Source: Phaeocystidibacter marisrubri (GTDB lineage: Bacteria; Bacteroidota; Bacteroidia; Flavobacteriales; Schleiferiaceae). Taken from it: DNA of 64,000 bases. A program made the position numbers and the translations under genes. Below, piece after piece: positions 26,808 through 35,145 of this stretch (position 1 is the first letter of the stretch; every line of letters starts with the position of its first letter). The DNA is taken from positions 207,569 through 271,568 of the forward strand of contig NZ_WBVQ01000002.1 in assembly GCF_008933165.1 (NCBI RefSeq). Reading direction: 5' to 3'. The notes beneath the pieces were generated by a model. The model saw only the letters and a list, made by a program, of their open reading frames with translations, was not told where the DNA came from and did no database searches.

Positions 26808-28295
26808 ATGGCCTTATTCGAGACCAACGAGCTGAAAATCTACAACAGCTTAAGTGCACAAAAGGAGACCTTCGTACCGATTAATTCCCCTTTTGTTGGG
26901 ATGTACGTTTGTGGTCCTACCGTATACAGCGATGTGCATTTGGGAAACTGTAGAACCTTCATCTCTTTTGATATGGTCTTCCGATACCTGAGTCATTTGG
27001 GCTACAAGGTGCGCTACGTTCGCAACATCACTGATGCGGGCCACTTGGAAAATGACGCCGACGAAGGCGAAGATAAGATTGCAAAAAAAGCGAGAATTGA
27101 ACAGCTCGAACCCATGGAGATCGTTCAGCGATACACCGTAGGTTTTAGAGACGTTATGAGTCGCTTTAACGCCATTCCGCCAAGCATTGAACCCACTGCT
27201 ACAGGACACATTGTAGAGCAAATCGAGATGATCAAACAGATCATCGATGCGGGCTTGGCCTATGAAGTAAACGGTTCCGTGTACTTCGATGTAGAGAAAT
27301 ACAACAAAGAGCAACATTACGGCATCGTTTCGGGTCGTAAGATTGAAGAGCTACTGGACGGAACACGCGATTTGGACGGACAATCGGACAAGCGCAGTCC
27401 GCTGGACTTTGCCCTTTGGAAGAATGCATCTCCCAGTCACATCATGCGATGGCCATCCCCTTGGGGAATTGGTTTCCCAGGGTGGCACTTGGAGTGTTCT
27501 GTTATGTCGACCAAATACCTCGGTGAAGAGTTTGACATTCACGGTGGAGGCATGGACTTAAAATTCCCACATCACGAATGTGAGGTCGCACAAAATCAAG
27601 CCTCACACGGACACAATGGTGCGAGAAATTGGATGCACGCAAACATGCTTACGCTGAACGGCAAGCGCATGTCTAAGAGTACAGGAAACACCTTGTTGCC
27701 CTACGAACTCTTTACGGGTGACACGCCCATTTTGGAGAAAGGTTTCCACCCATCTGTGGTTCGATTCTTCATCCACCAAGCACATTACCGCAGCGTACTT
27801 GATTTCTCTAACGATGCCCTACTGGCAGCGGAGAAAGGCTTCTTCCGACTCATGGAAGGATTGGACACCCTCGAGAAACTAGAAGGAGGAGATAAATCGA
27901 CCTTTGATGTAGCCAACTGGAAGGCCAAGTGTTATGCGGCTATGAATGACGACTTCAACAGTCCGATTCTCATTGCCGAATTGTTCGATGCCGTTCGTGT
28001 GATCAACTCCATCAAAGCTGGAAATGAAAGCCTGACCTCTTCGGATTTGACGCTGTTGAAAGAAACTATGCACACCTTTATTTTCGATGTTCTCGGATTG
28101 CAAAGTGTGAATGCAGGTGCTTCTTCCAACAAAGGAGAAATGGACACGGTGATGCAAATCCTCATCGAACTTCGTCAGGAAGCTCGAGCAAGCAAAAACT
28201 TTGCACTCAGTGACGAAATTCGAGACAAGTTAGCAGACAGCGGTATTGTTTTGAAAGACGGAAAAGACGGCACATCCTACAGCATACAAAGTTGA
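26808..28295 (+). CDS. cysS: Cysteine--tRNA ligase
   Basis: It has the class I HIGH-type motif (…[17 protein letters not shown]…) and KMSKS (…[10 protein letters not shown]…). Confidence 0.9.
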   Translation: MALFETNELKIYNSLSAQKETFVPINSPFVGMYVCGPTVYSDVHLGNCRTFISFDMVFRYLSHLGYKVRYVRNITDAGHLENDADEGEDKIAKKARIEQLEPMEIVQRYTVGFRDVMSRFNAIPPSIEPTATGHIVEQIEMIKQIIDAGLAYEVNGSVYFDVEKYNKEQHYGIVSGRKIEELLDGTRDLDGQSDKRSPLDFALWKNASPSHIMRWPSPWGIGFPGWHLECSVMSTKYLGEEFDIHGGGMDLKFPHHECEVAQNQASHGHNGARNWMHANMLTLNGKRMSKSTGNTLLPYELFTGDTPILEKGFHPSVVRFFIHQAHYRSVLDFSNDALLAAEKGFFRLMEGLDTLEKLEGGDKSTFDVANWKAKCYAAMNDDFNSPILIAELFDAVRVINSIKAGNESLTSSDLTLLKETMHTFIFDVLGLQSVNAGASSNKGEMDTVMQILIELRQEARASKNFALSDEIRDKLADSGIVLKDGKDGTSYSIQS

Positions 28296-28552
28296 TGAAA
28301 TGGCTAACCTGGATATTGAGTCTTCCACTCCTGCTCTTGGTTGGCCTTTATCGCTATGTAATTTCTCCACTTACTCCACCTAGTTGTAGACATACCCCAA
28401 CCTGTTCTCAATATATGGGACAAGCCATTGTGGAATGGGGACCCCTCAAAGGATCGTGGCTCGGATTAAAAAGACTGAGTAAGTGTCACCCTTGGGGAAC
28501 GTCTGGATATGACCCTGTGCCCTTAAAATCCCAAAAGCAATCTGAAGAGTAA
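28292..28552 (+). CDS. yidD: Membrane protein insertion efficiency factor YidD
   Basis: …[22 protein letters not shown]…[12 protein letters not shown] is the YidD signature. Its start overlaps the cysS stop codon (ATGA). Confidence 0.85.
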   Translation: MMKWLTWILSLPLLLLVGLYRYVISPLTPPSCRHTPTCSQYMGQAIVEWGPLKGSWLGLKRLSKCHPWGTSGYDPVPLKSQKQSEE

Positions 28553-28605
28553 CTCTTGTAATCACACCGTGTTACTTATCTTGCAGCTCCATTATTCAAT
28601 CTAGA

Positions 28606-29706
28606 ATGAAGAAGATACTCGGACTGCTAATTTTAGCATCGGCAATGGTGGCCTGTAATGGCTCTAATTCCTCATCAGAAACAGACGGGCACTCTGGAGC
28701 CACAGCGGTTTCCTATATCCATTATCCACAGGAAAAACACTTGGCCAATGTGAGACAACTCACTTGGGGAGGCGACAACGCCGAAGCATATTTCAGCTTT
28801 GACGGAACCATGCTCACCTTCCAAAGCAACAACAGCGCTTGGGGATTGGAATGCGACCATATTTTTGCCTTTGATTGGAACAGTGACAGTGCTACGCTTA
28901 CTAAACCTACTCGGATTAGCAGCGGATTGGGAAGAACCACTTGTGCGTACTTCCTACCTGGAGATACCACCATTCTCTATGCAAGTACCTTCGCAGGAGA
29001 TTCCGCTTGTCCGCCTGTGCCTGACCGCTCCGAAGGATATGTTTGGCCAGTGTACAACACATTTGACATCTACGTTAGCAACCTGAAAGGAGAAGTGATT
29101 GACACCCTTGTTGAGGGTCCAGGCTATGATGCGGAAGCAACCGTTTCACCTAAGGGAGACAAGATTGTGTTTACCAGTGATAGAAGTGGCGACCTCGAAT
29201 TGTACACCTGCGACATTGACGGTTCCAATGTTCAGCAAATTACTTCTGGATTGGGCTACGACGGTGGCGCATTCTTTTCACCCGATGGAAAGAAACTCAT
29301 CTTCCGATCTTCTCGTCCAAAAACTGAAGCAGAAATAGAACACTACACCTCTCTATTGAAGCAGGGCTTAGTGGAGCCCATGGAAATGGAACTCTATACC
29401 TGTAATGTGGATGGAACTGAATTGACGAAAATCACCGACCTGGGTCGAGCAAACTGGGCACCCTTCTTCCATCCTTCGGGAGAAAAGGTGATCTTTTCAT
29501 CCAATCACAGCAGCGACAAGGTTTACAAATTCAATCTCTTCATGCTGGATTTAAACACCAATGAGGTAGAGCAAATCACGTATGACGGGGTGTTTGATGC
29601 CTTCCCTATGTTCTCACCTGATGGAAAGAAGCTCGTATTCGCATCCAACAGAAATAACGGCGGAGACCACAGCACCAACTTGTTTATTGCAGATTGGGTT
29701 GAATAA
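28606..29706 (+). CDS. TolB-like WD40/PD40 beta-propeller lipoprotein
   Basis: A lipobox (…LASAMVACNGS) is followed by repeated PD40 motifs (SPKGDKIVFTSDRSGDLELYTCDIDGSN, FSPDGKKLIFRS, FSPDGKKLVFASNR). Confidence 0.7.
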   Translation: MKKILGLLILASAMVACNGSNSSSETDGHSGATAVSYIHYPQEKHLANVRQLTWGGDNAEAYFSFDGTMLTFQSNNSAWGLECDHIFAFDWNSDSATLTKPTRISSGLGRTTCAYFLPGDTTILYASTFAGDSACPPVPDRSEGYVWPVYNTFDIYVSNLKGEVIDTLVEGPGYDAEATVSPKGDKIVFTSDRSGDLELYTCDIDGSNVQQITSGLGYDGGAFFSPDGKKLIFRSSRPKTEAEIEHYTSLLKQGLVEPMEMELYTCNVDGTELTKITDLGRANWAPFFHPSGEKVIFSSNHSSDKVYKFNLFMLDLNTNEVEQITYDGVFDAFPMFSPDGKKLVFASNRNNGGDHSTNLFIADWVE

Positions 29707-29727
29707 TCACACCCGAAAAAACACAAA

Positions 29728-30834
29728 ATGAACTACTTGACCATATTTTGGGACGCCGACTTCGGATTGGATATTTTCGGATTCACTCTCCGTTGGTACA
29801 GTCTCCTGTTTGCCATGGGCTTCGTGCTGGGCTATCAATTGATGATTCGCATTTACAAAAAAGAGGGTATTGACATTAAGTTGATGGACTCCTTCTTAAC
29901 CTACGCTGTTATTGCAACAATCGTAGGTGCGCGATTGGGACATTGTTTCTTCTACGATTGGGAATACTACAGTCAGCATCCATTGGAAATTCTCCAAGTT
30001 TGGCAAGGCGGATTGGCTAGCCACGGTGCTGCGATTGCTCTCATCATCGCCATGTATTTCTACGGAAAGAAACTCACCAAATACTTTTCTGGCGAACAGA
30101 AAGAGAGGAAAGCCATGCTTTACACCTTGGATCGATTGGTGATTACCGTTGCCCTCGCTGGCTGTTTCATCCGTTTTGGAAACTGGATGAACTCAGAAAT
30201 TTATGGTAAGATTGACAACAGTAGTATCGAAACGGTCTTTGTAAAAAACATCGAGCGACCATTGGGAGAAACGCGATACTCGCAAGAGATTAAGTATGCT
30301 ACAGCTGTATTCACAGGAGAATCTCTTGAAACCGATAGTTTAACCTACCCTATTCTTTCCGTAACGGCTTACCCTAGAGTTCCATTTAACCAGCCTCAGG
30401 TGAATGCCCTCTTCGGAAACATCGCTCAATACTTCAACACACAAGACATCAATGATTTACACGCCATTGTTCTAGCCGACACTGAGCCAGTAATCAACAA
30501 TGACGGATCGTTTACATTCAGAGTTCTAGGCGTACCTCGACTCCCAACTCAACTTTTCGAATCCGGTGCATACCTCTTGATTTTCTTCATCCTGTATGCT
30601 CTTTACAGGAAGGGCAACTTTGCCTTAAGGAATGGATTTTTGTTCGGCACCTTCTTGGTGCTGGTCTTCGGGTTCCGATTTGTGGTGGAATTCTTCAAAG
30701 CCAATCAGACAGCTTTTGAAGAAGGCATGAGTTTGAATATGGGGCAATGGTTGAGTATTCCACTCGTTCTCATTGGTTTGGTGATGATGGCTTTTGCTAA
30801 GCCAGTAGAATTGACGAACACAGAAAAGAAGTAA
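29728..30834 (+). CDS. lgt: Prolipoprotein diacylglyceryl transferase
   Basis: The N-terminus (…FGFTLRWYSLLFAMGFVLGY…) and the …GGLASHGAAIA… signature fit Lgt. It is 368 aa, so it carries an insertion relative to the ~270-aa enterobacterial Lgt. Confidence 0.75.
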   Translation: MNYLTIFWDADFGLDIFGFTLRWYSLLFAMGFVLGYQLMIRIYKKEGIDIKLMDSFLTYAVIATIVGARLGHCFFYDWEYYSQHPLEILQVWQGGLASHGAAIALIIAMYFYGKKLTKYFSGEQKERKAMLYTLDRLVITVALAGCFIRFGNWMNSEIYGKIDNSSIETVFVKNIERPLGETRYSQEIKYATAVFTGESLETDSLTYPILSVTAYPRVPFNQPQVNALFGNIAQYFNTQDINDLHAIVLADTEPVINNDGSFTFRVLGVPRLPTQLFESGAYLLIFFILYALYRKGNFALRNGFLFGTFLVLVFGFRFVVEFFKANQTAFEEGMSLNMGQWLSIPLVLIGLVMMAFAKPVELTNTEKK

Positions 30835-30837
30835 GCC

Positions 30838-31398
30838 ATGCAATTTGCTAGAAAATTTGGAGTAATACTCGTATTGGCTGCGATGGCACTGTTCATTGTG
30901 TCGCAGTTTGGTTCATGTAATCGCGAAAGTGCTCCGACTCGAAACAAGGATGGGAATAGCGGAAGTGGCACATCAAAATCTCAACCCTACGAGCCGAAGT
31001 TTAGAGAAGACGGATCGGTTTGGATCACAAAAGCCGAAACGGGAGACACTTTAGTTGCACTTCCTCTGGAAATTACTCGATCTGAAGAAGAGCGCCAGTA
31101 TGGAATGATGTATCGCCGTTCTTTTAAACCTGATTTTTACGGAATGCTTTTCCCTATGGGCGAAGAGCGTTTGCAGAGCTTCTGGATGCGAAACACTTAC
31201 ATGGGACTAGATATTCTCTACATCAACAACAAACGTGAAATCGTTTCAATGGTGAACAATGCAAAGCCACTTAGCGATGCACCACTTCGTTCAGAAGCAC
31301 CTGCGAGCTACGTTCTAGAGCTGCCAGCAGGCTACAGCCTCAGTCACGGTGTAGCCGTGGGTGATAAAGTAAGTTGGTACGACAACTCGACAAACTGA
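30838..31398 (+). CDS. DUF192-domain protein
   Basis: A signal/transmembrane segment plus …MMYRRSFKPDFYGMLFPMGEERLQSFWMRNTYMGLDILYI… is typical of DUF192. Confidence 0.65.
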   Translation: MQFARKFGVILVLAAMALFIVSQFGSCNRESAPTRNKDGNSGSGTSKSQPYEPKFREDGSVWITKAETGDTLVALPLEITRSEEERQYGMMYRRSFKPDFYGMLFPMGEERLQSFWMRNTYMGLDILYINNKREIVSMVNNAKPLSDAPLRSEAPASYVLELPAGYSLSHGVAVGDKVSWYDNSTN

Positions 31399-31418
31399 CA
31401 CCCTCACCAACCCAATAA

Positions 31419-31451
31419 CCCCGATGCACTACACATCGGGGTTTCTTTTTA
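31419..31451 (+). terminator. Rho-independent terminator after the DUF192 gene
   Basis: The stem CCCCGATG/CATCGGGG at 31419-31441 is followed by TTTCTTTTTA. Confidence 0.6.
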
Positions 31452-32552
31452 TTCGGAGGATATCAACTTCCTCAATTGTTCGAGAACTTCTCCCGAACCA
31501 CTCACGTTAAGCGCGCCTACTTTACCAGAAATGCGCTCAACGAGTTCAAGCTCTTTCAATCGGAAGAGAACTGGGTTCTCATCCATAAGTTTAGCTGAAT
31601 TCAAGCTATTTCGAACCGCTGCCATTTCTTCTCGTCTGCGAATCACATTAGCTTGCGCCTCTTTCTCCGCAATGAGAACCATGTTCAAGATGTCTTTGAC
31701 ATCGCCAGGCAGAATTACATCAATTAAACCACCGTCTAGTATATCAATTCCCACCAACGCGGTATTCGCCTGTATCAACTTTACAATTTGATCATTCGCC
31801 TTCTCACGAGCGGCCAACAAATCTTCCAAGGAAAGTCCGCTGGCAACCTCTCGAATGGCTAATGCAATTTTTTTGTAGAGGTATTCGCTGATATTGGCAA
31901 CAGCTTCCACTGCTACTTTTGGATCGTTCACTTTATATGTCAAAGTGTAGTTCAACCGAACGGCGGCTTTGTCCTTTGTCAAAAGCTCCTGACCGTTTAA
32001 GTTGACGGTTTCAATCCGTGTGCTCACCGTTTTGATCACCAAATCTTGGTTGTTCTTCCAAAATCGATACACACCTGCATTCAACGTGCGAACAAACTCA
32101 CCGTCTTTCCAGAGCAAGCCCACTTCACCTCTCTCTACCATCACTTTACGAACGTGCATTGAAGTGACCAATCGATCCAACCACTCTACAGGCAATTCGT
32201 TGCAAGTTTCCGCTTCCGCCATACTTACTACTGTTACTTCAGGTGCTAGCTCCGATTTCCAAAACGCATGCGTTCCAGAAGTAAGAACTTGAATGAGTCG
32301 GTTTTTTTCACTCACCAATCCCACCTCACTTTGGGAAACATCCACTTCGTTCAACATGGACTTTAAGACTTCACTTTGCAAAGCCACCTGGAGCGTCATA
32401 TTACGAGGTATGAACTTCTCTGCGAGATGGTATCGCTCTACCCTCTGACGTCCGAACACATAATGTGTTCCTCTTTCTAAAACCCGTGTGACTTCTTTGC
32501 CTTTAACAAGGACTATGACTTCACCGGGAGCTACGATTACTTTCTGTACCAT
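31449..32552 (-). CDS. SPFH/Band-7-domain protein with three N-terminal ~45-aa repeats
   Basis: The C-terminal half resembles stomatin/slipin (…KVNDPKVAVEAVANISEYLYKKIALAIREV…). The N-terminus has three repeats of the form G-x-x-HY/AFW…. Confidence 0.55.
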   Translation of the reverse strand: MVQKVIVAPGEVIVLVKGKEVTRVLERGTHYVFGRQRVERYHLAEKFIPRNMTLQVALQSEVLKSMLNEVDVSQSEVGLVSEKNRLIQVLTSGTHAFWKSELAPEVTVVSMAEAETCNELPVEWLDRLVTSMHVRKVMVERGEVGLLWKDGEFVRTLNAGVYRFWKNNQDLVIKTVSTRIETVNLNGQELLTKDKAAVRLNYTLTYKVNDPKVAVEAVANISEYLYKKIALAIREVASGLSLEDLLAAREKANDQIVKLIQANTALVGIDILDGGLIDVILPGDVKDILNMVLIAEKEAQANVIRRREEMAAVRNSLNSAKLMDENPVLFRLKELELVERISGKVGALNVSGSGEVLEQLRKLISSE

Positions 32553-32780
32553 AGTCTTGAGAATTAAAAATGATTACTGAATAAAAAGGGAAGACGCCTA
32601 AGAGCCACAGGGTGGAATTCATATTGAGTTAATCGTAGATATGAGCTTCTATACTATCGGACAGAAAGCAGGAGAGAGACTACTTCTGCTGGAGAGCGAA
32701 GAAAAACACATCGACGAACAACGGTATCCTATTCGTTCAACACTGCAGTACCGCACCAGGTGCTGCATCTTCCCCAAAAC

Positions 32781-32946
32781 ATAAAAGAGAGGTACTCTTA
32801 CCAATTGAGCTACACCCGTAAGGGCATACCTGGATTCGAACCAGGAACAATAAAACTTGCACCATAAGCAAGTGTCATACTCTACCAACTGAGTTACTTT
32901 CCATTTGGAAAGGCCGGAATCGAACCGGCGACCGTGACAGAGAAGT
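32781..32946 (-). pseudogene. Cluster of tRNA-derived fragments: a 3' half, then a complementary 5' half fused to another 3' half, then an orphan Lys-like 5' half
   Basis: On the minus strand there are canonical T-arms (GCCGG TTCGATT CCGGC; CCTGG TTCGAAT CCAGG) and D-arms (ACTC AGTTGGTA GAGT; GCTC AATTGGTAA GAGT). The acceptor and anticodon stems do not pair in the normal linear order. See finding 2. Confidence 0.5.
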
Positions 32947-33125
32947 GCTGATGGATACCAACTTGATCACTCAAAGAGCTCAAGGGAAAATGCCGTTAGA
33001 AACATCCAATTCCACTGTAACACTTCTCTCCTCCCAGAAATTCGGAGAGGAGATGATTGTCAATCTCTTTTGCAAGAACGCGTTCTGAATGATGACTCAT
33101 TGAACACTGCAAAGAATTAACTCAA

Positions 33126-33146
33126 CTACGCAATCTATTTGCGTAG
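33126..33146. promoter_or_regulatory. Perfect inverted repeat CTACGCAA-N5-TTGCGTAG, 30 nt upstream of the WYL regulator gene (candidate operator)
   Basis: The two 8-bp arms are perfectly complementary, giving a palindrome centred about 40 nt before the ATG at 33176. Confidence 0.4.
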
Positions 33147-33175
33147 TAATAATTATTTTCAAAAAAAATTCATTC

Positions 33176-34189
33176 ATGCCAGCCAACCGCAACGCTCTCA
33201 TCCGTTATCGAATTCTAGATCAGTGTCTTAGGAATAAATTCCGACGTTTTGAGTTGGAAGATTTAATGGATGCCTGTGCCGATGGCCTCTATGAGTATGC
33301 TGGAATTCGAGGTGGCGTGAGCAAACGTACCATCCAGCTCGACCTCCAAATGCTGCGCTCTGATCAGCTGGGCTACAATGCTCCTATAGAAGTGTACGAC
33401 AAGAAGTACTATCGATATAGCGACCCCGAATACTCCATTACCAACACCCCTTTAAATGATACAGACATCGACAAACTGCACGAAGTGGTAGATATCCTTC
33501 GACAGTTTTCAGGGTTCAGTCATTTCCACGATTTGAGCGGGATGGTGCAACGGCTGGAGGATAAAATTCTCACGCACAAAAGCGAGAACGCCCCCATCAT
33601 CAACCTTGAAAAGAACATTCGCTTAAAGGGATTGGAACACTTAGACACGCTCTATCACGCCATTCAGGGCAAACGACAACTACATATAACCTATCAGTCG
33701 TTTAAAGCGCGAAAGCCCGATTCTTTTATCTTCCACGCCTTTCTGCTGAAAGAATTCCGGAACCGCTGGTTTGTACTGGGTAGAAAAGACAAGAAGTCTG
33801 ACAACCTCTTGCTGGCTTTAGATAGAATTGAATCTCTCAAAGTCAGTCAAGAACGTCGACTTGAATTCCCAGACCTCAACACTGCCAACTACTTTGATGA
33901 TGTAGTAGGCGTAACCGTTGGAAAGAACACTCCAACGGAAACCATCGAATTTAAGGTAGAACGAAAGAATGCCCCCTACATCGAAACCAAACCGATCCAC
34001 CATTCACAAGTGGTGCTCCATAAGGATGATGAGTTTACCTATTTCCAAATTCAAGTACAGTGGAATTACGAGCTAGAGAGTGTGTTCATGAGTCACGGAC
34101 CAGGTCTGATCATCACCGCACCCAGAAGCCGCTTTCGAAAAATGCGTCGGCTTTACCGATTAGGATACCAAAACTACGAAGGTGAATAA
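33176..34189 (+). CDS. WYL-domain transcriptional regulator (HTH-WYL-WCX architecture)
   Basis: There is an N-terminal wHTH (…NALIRYRILDQCLRN…), a central WYL-like segment (…FHAFLLKEFRNRWFVLGRKDKKSDNLLLALDRIESL…) and a C-terminal extension. Confidence 0.7.
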   Translation: MPANRNALIRYRILDQCLRNKFRRFELEDLMDACADGLYEYAGIRGGVSKRTIQLDLQMLRSDQLGYNAPIEVYDKKYYRYSDPEYSITNTPLNDTDIDKLHEVVDILRQFSGFSHFHDLSGMVQRLEDKILTHKSENAPIINLEKNIRLKGLEHLDTLYHAIQGKRQLHITYQSFKARKPDSFIFHAFLLKEFRNRWFVLGRKDKKSDNLLLALDRIESLKVSQERRLEFPDLNTANYFDDVVGVTVGKNTPTETIEFKVERKNAPYIETKPIHHSQVVLHKDDEFTYFQIQVQWNYELESVFMSHGPGLIITAPRSRFRKMRRLYRLGYQNYEGE

Positions 34190-34225
34190 CAACTCCTTCG
34201 TACCTTGCCATTTCAAAACACATGC

Positions 34226-34492
34226 ATGAAAAATTCTGTAGCACTTATCGTATTGGTCGCATTGATCATGCTAGATATGTTCCTCACGATTTCGAACGTT
34301 CACGCCGTATTTGATGCAAAGCAGCATCTACCGCTATTTATCATTTCTAGAGTGGGTATACTGGCCGTTGGGATTTACATCATGAGAGCGCAGAAAAACT
34401 GGTTGTTCCTCATGGCAACGGTGGGATACCTGCTCTTCTCTTTTGCAGCATTGTCCATTTTGCACTTCTCCTATATGTCTGAGAACATCTAG
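34226..34492 (+). CDS. Small membrane protein with 3 predicted transmembrane helices
   Basis: A hydrophobic ORF. The track ORF at 34205 starts on TTG; the first ATG is at 34226. Confidence 0.35.
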   Translation: MKNSVALIVLVALIMLDMFLTISNVHAVFDAKQHLPLFIISRVGILAVGIYIMRAQKNWLFLMATVGYLLFSFAALSILHFSYMSENI

Positions 34493-34546
34493 GTGAACAA
34501 AATCAGACTTAAAATTGTCTAATCAAATCAACTATAAACAAAGCAG

Positions 34547-35080
34547 ATGAAACGCATTTTTACACTTCTAGCACTCATTGTAGGCTTCTCCGGAACAACC
34601 CTAGCCCAAGGCACTTTGGAGCCTAAATCTAGTCCACTGGACATCTCCACTACAACCGTTGGCGATACCTACATCAAAGTAGTTTACAGTCGACCACACA
34701 AGAAGGGCCGCGACATTTTTGGTGGCTTGGTTCCTTTCAACAAAGTTTGGAGAACAGGAGCGAATGCCGCAACCGAAATCACTTTCACAGGAGATGTGGA
34801 AATCAACGGTGAAGAAATTGAAGCGGGTACTTACAGTTTGTACACCATTCCTTCAGAAGACAGTTGGACAGTGATCCTAAACTCCGACTTAGGTCAGTGG
34901 GGTGCTTACCGATACAACGAAGACAATGACGTTCTTCGTTTTGAAGTTGAAACCCAAGAAACAGAAGTGACATGGGAACCCTTCACCATTGTTCTTGAAA
35001 CCGAAGGAAGAAAATCGAATTTGAAGATGATGTGGGACACCACCATGGTATCTTTCAAAATCACTCCTACCAACGATTAA
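34547..35080 (+). CDS. DUF2911-domain secreted protein
   Basis: A signal peptide is followed by …VVYSRPHKKGRDIFGGLVPFNKVWRTGANAATEITF…, which is typical of DUF2911. Confidence 0.65.
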   Translation: MKRIFTLLALIVGFSGTTLAQGTLEPKSSPLDISTTTVGDTYIKVVYSRPHKKGRDIFGGLVPFNKVWRTGANAATEITFTGDVEINGEEIEAGTYSLYTIPSEDSWTVILNSDLGQWGAYRYNEDNDVLRFEVETQETEVTWEPFTIVLETEGRKSNLKMMWDTTMVSFKITPTND

Positions 35081-35094
35081 TTGGATTCCTCCCA

Positions 35095-35134
35095 TAAAAA
35101 AAGGCCACCTTTCGAGGTGGCCTTTTTGTTTTAT
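35095..35134. terminator. Bidirectional rho-independent terminator
   Basis: The stem AAGGCCACC/GGTGGCCTT has loop TTTCGA, with an A-run upstream and a T-run downstream. Confidence 0.7.
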
Positions 35135-35145
35135 TTCGCTTGGAA

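Noticed and set aside
32781-32946. Calling three ordinary intact tRNA genes (such as Ala, Lys or Met) in the intergenic region
   Set aside because: Hand-folding shows perfect D- and T-arms, but the acceptor and anticodon stems do not pair within any single unit. I therefore report them as tRNA-derived fragments or a permuted arrangement. They need tRNAscan-SE or Infernal confirmation.
32553-33175. An integrase or transposase next to the tRNA debris and WYL regulator (mobile element call)
   Set aside because: The window contains no integrase, transposase or recombinase ORF, and I found no long direct repeats flanking a cargo region. I report only the tRNA fragments and the regulator.
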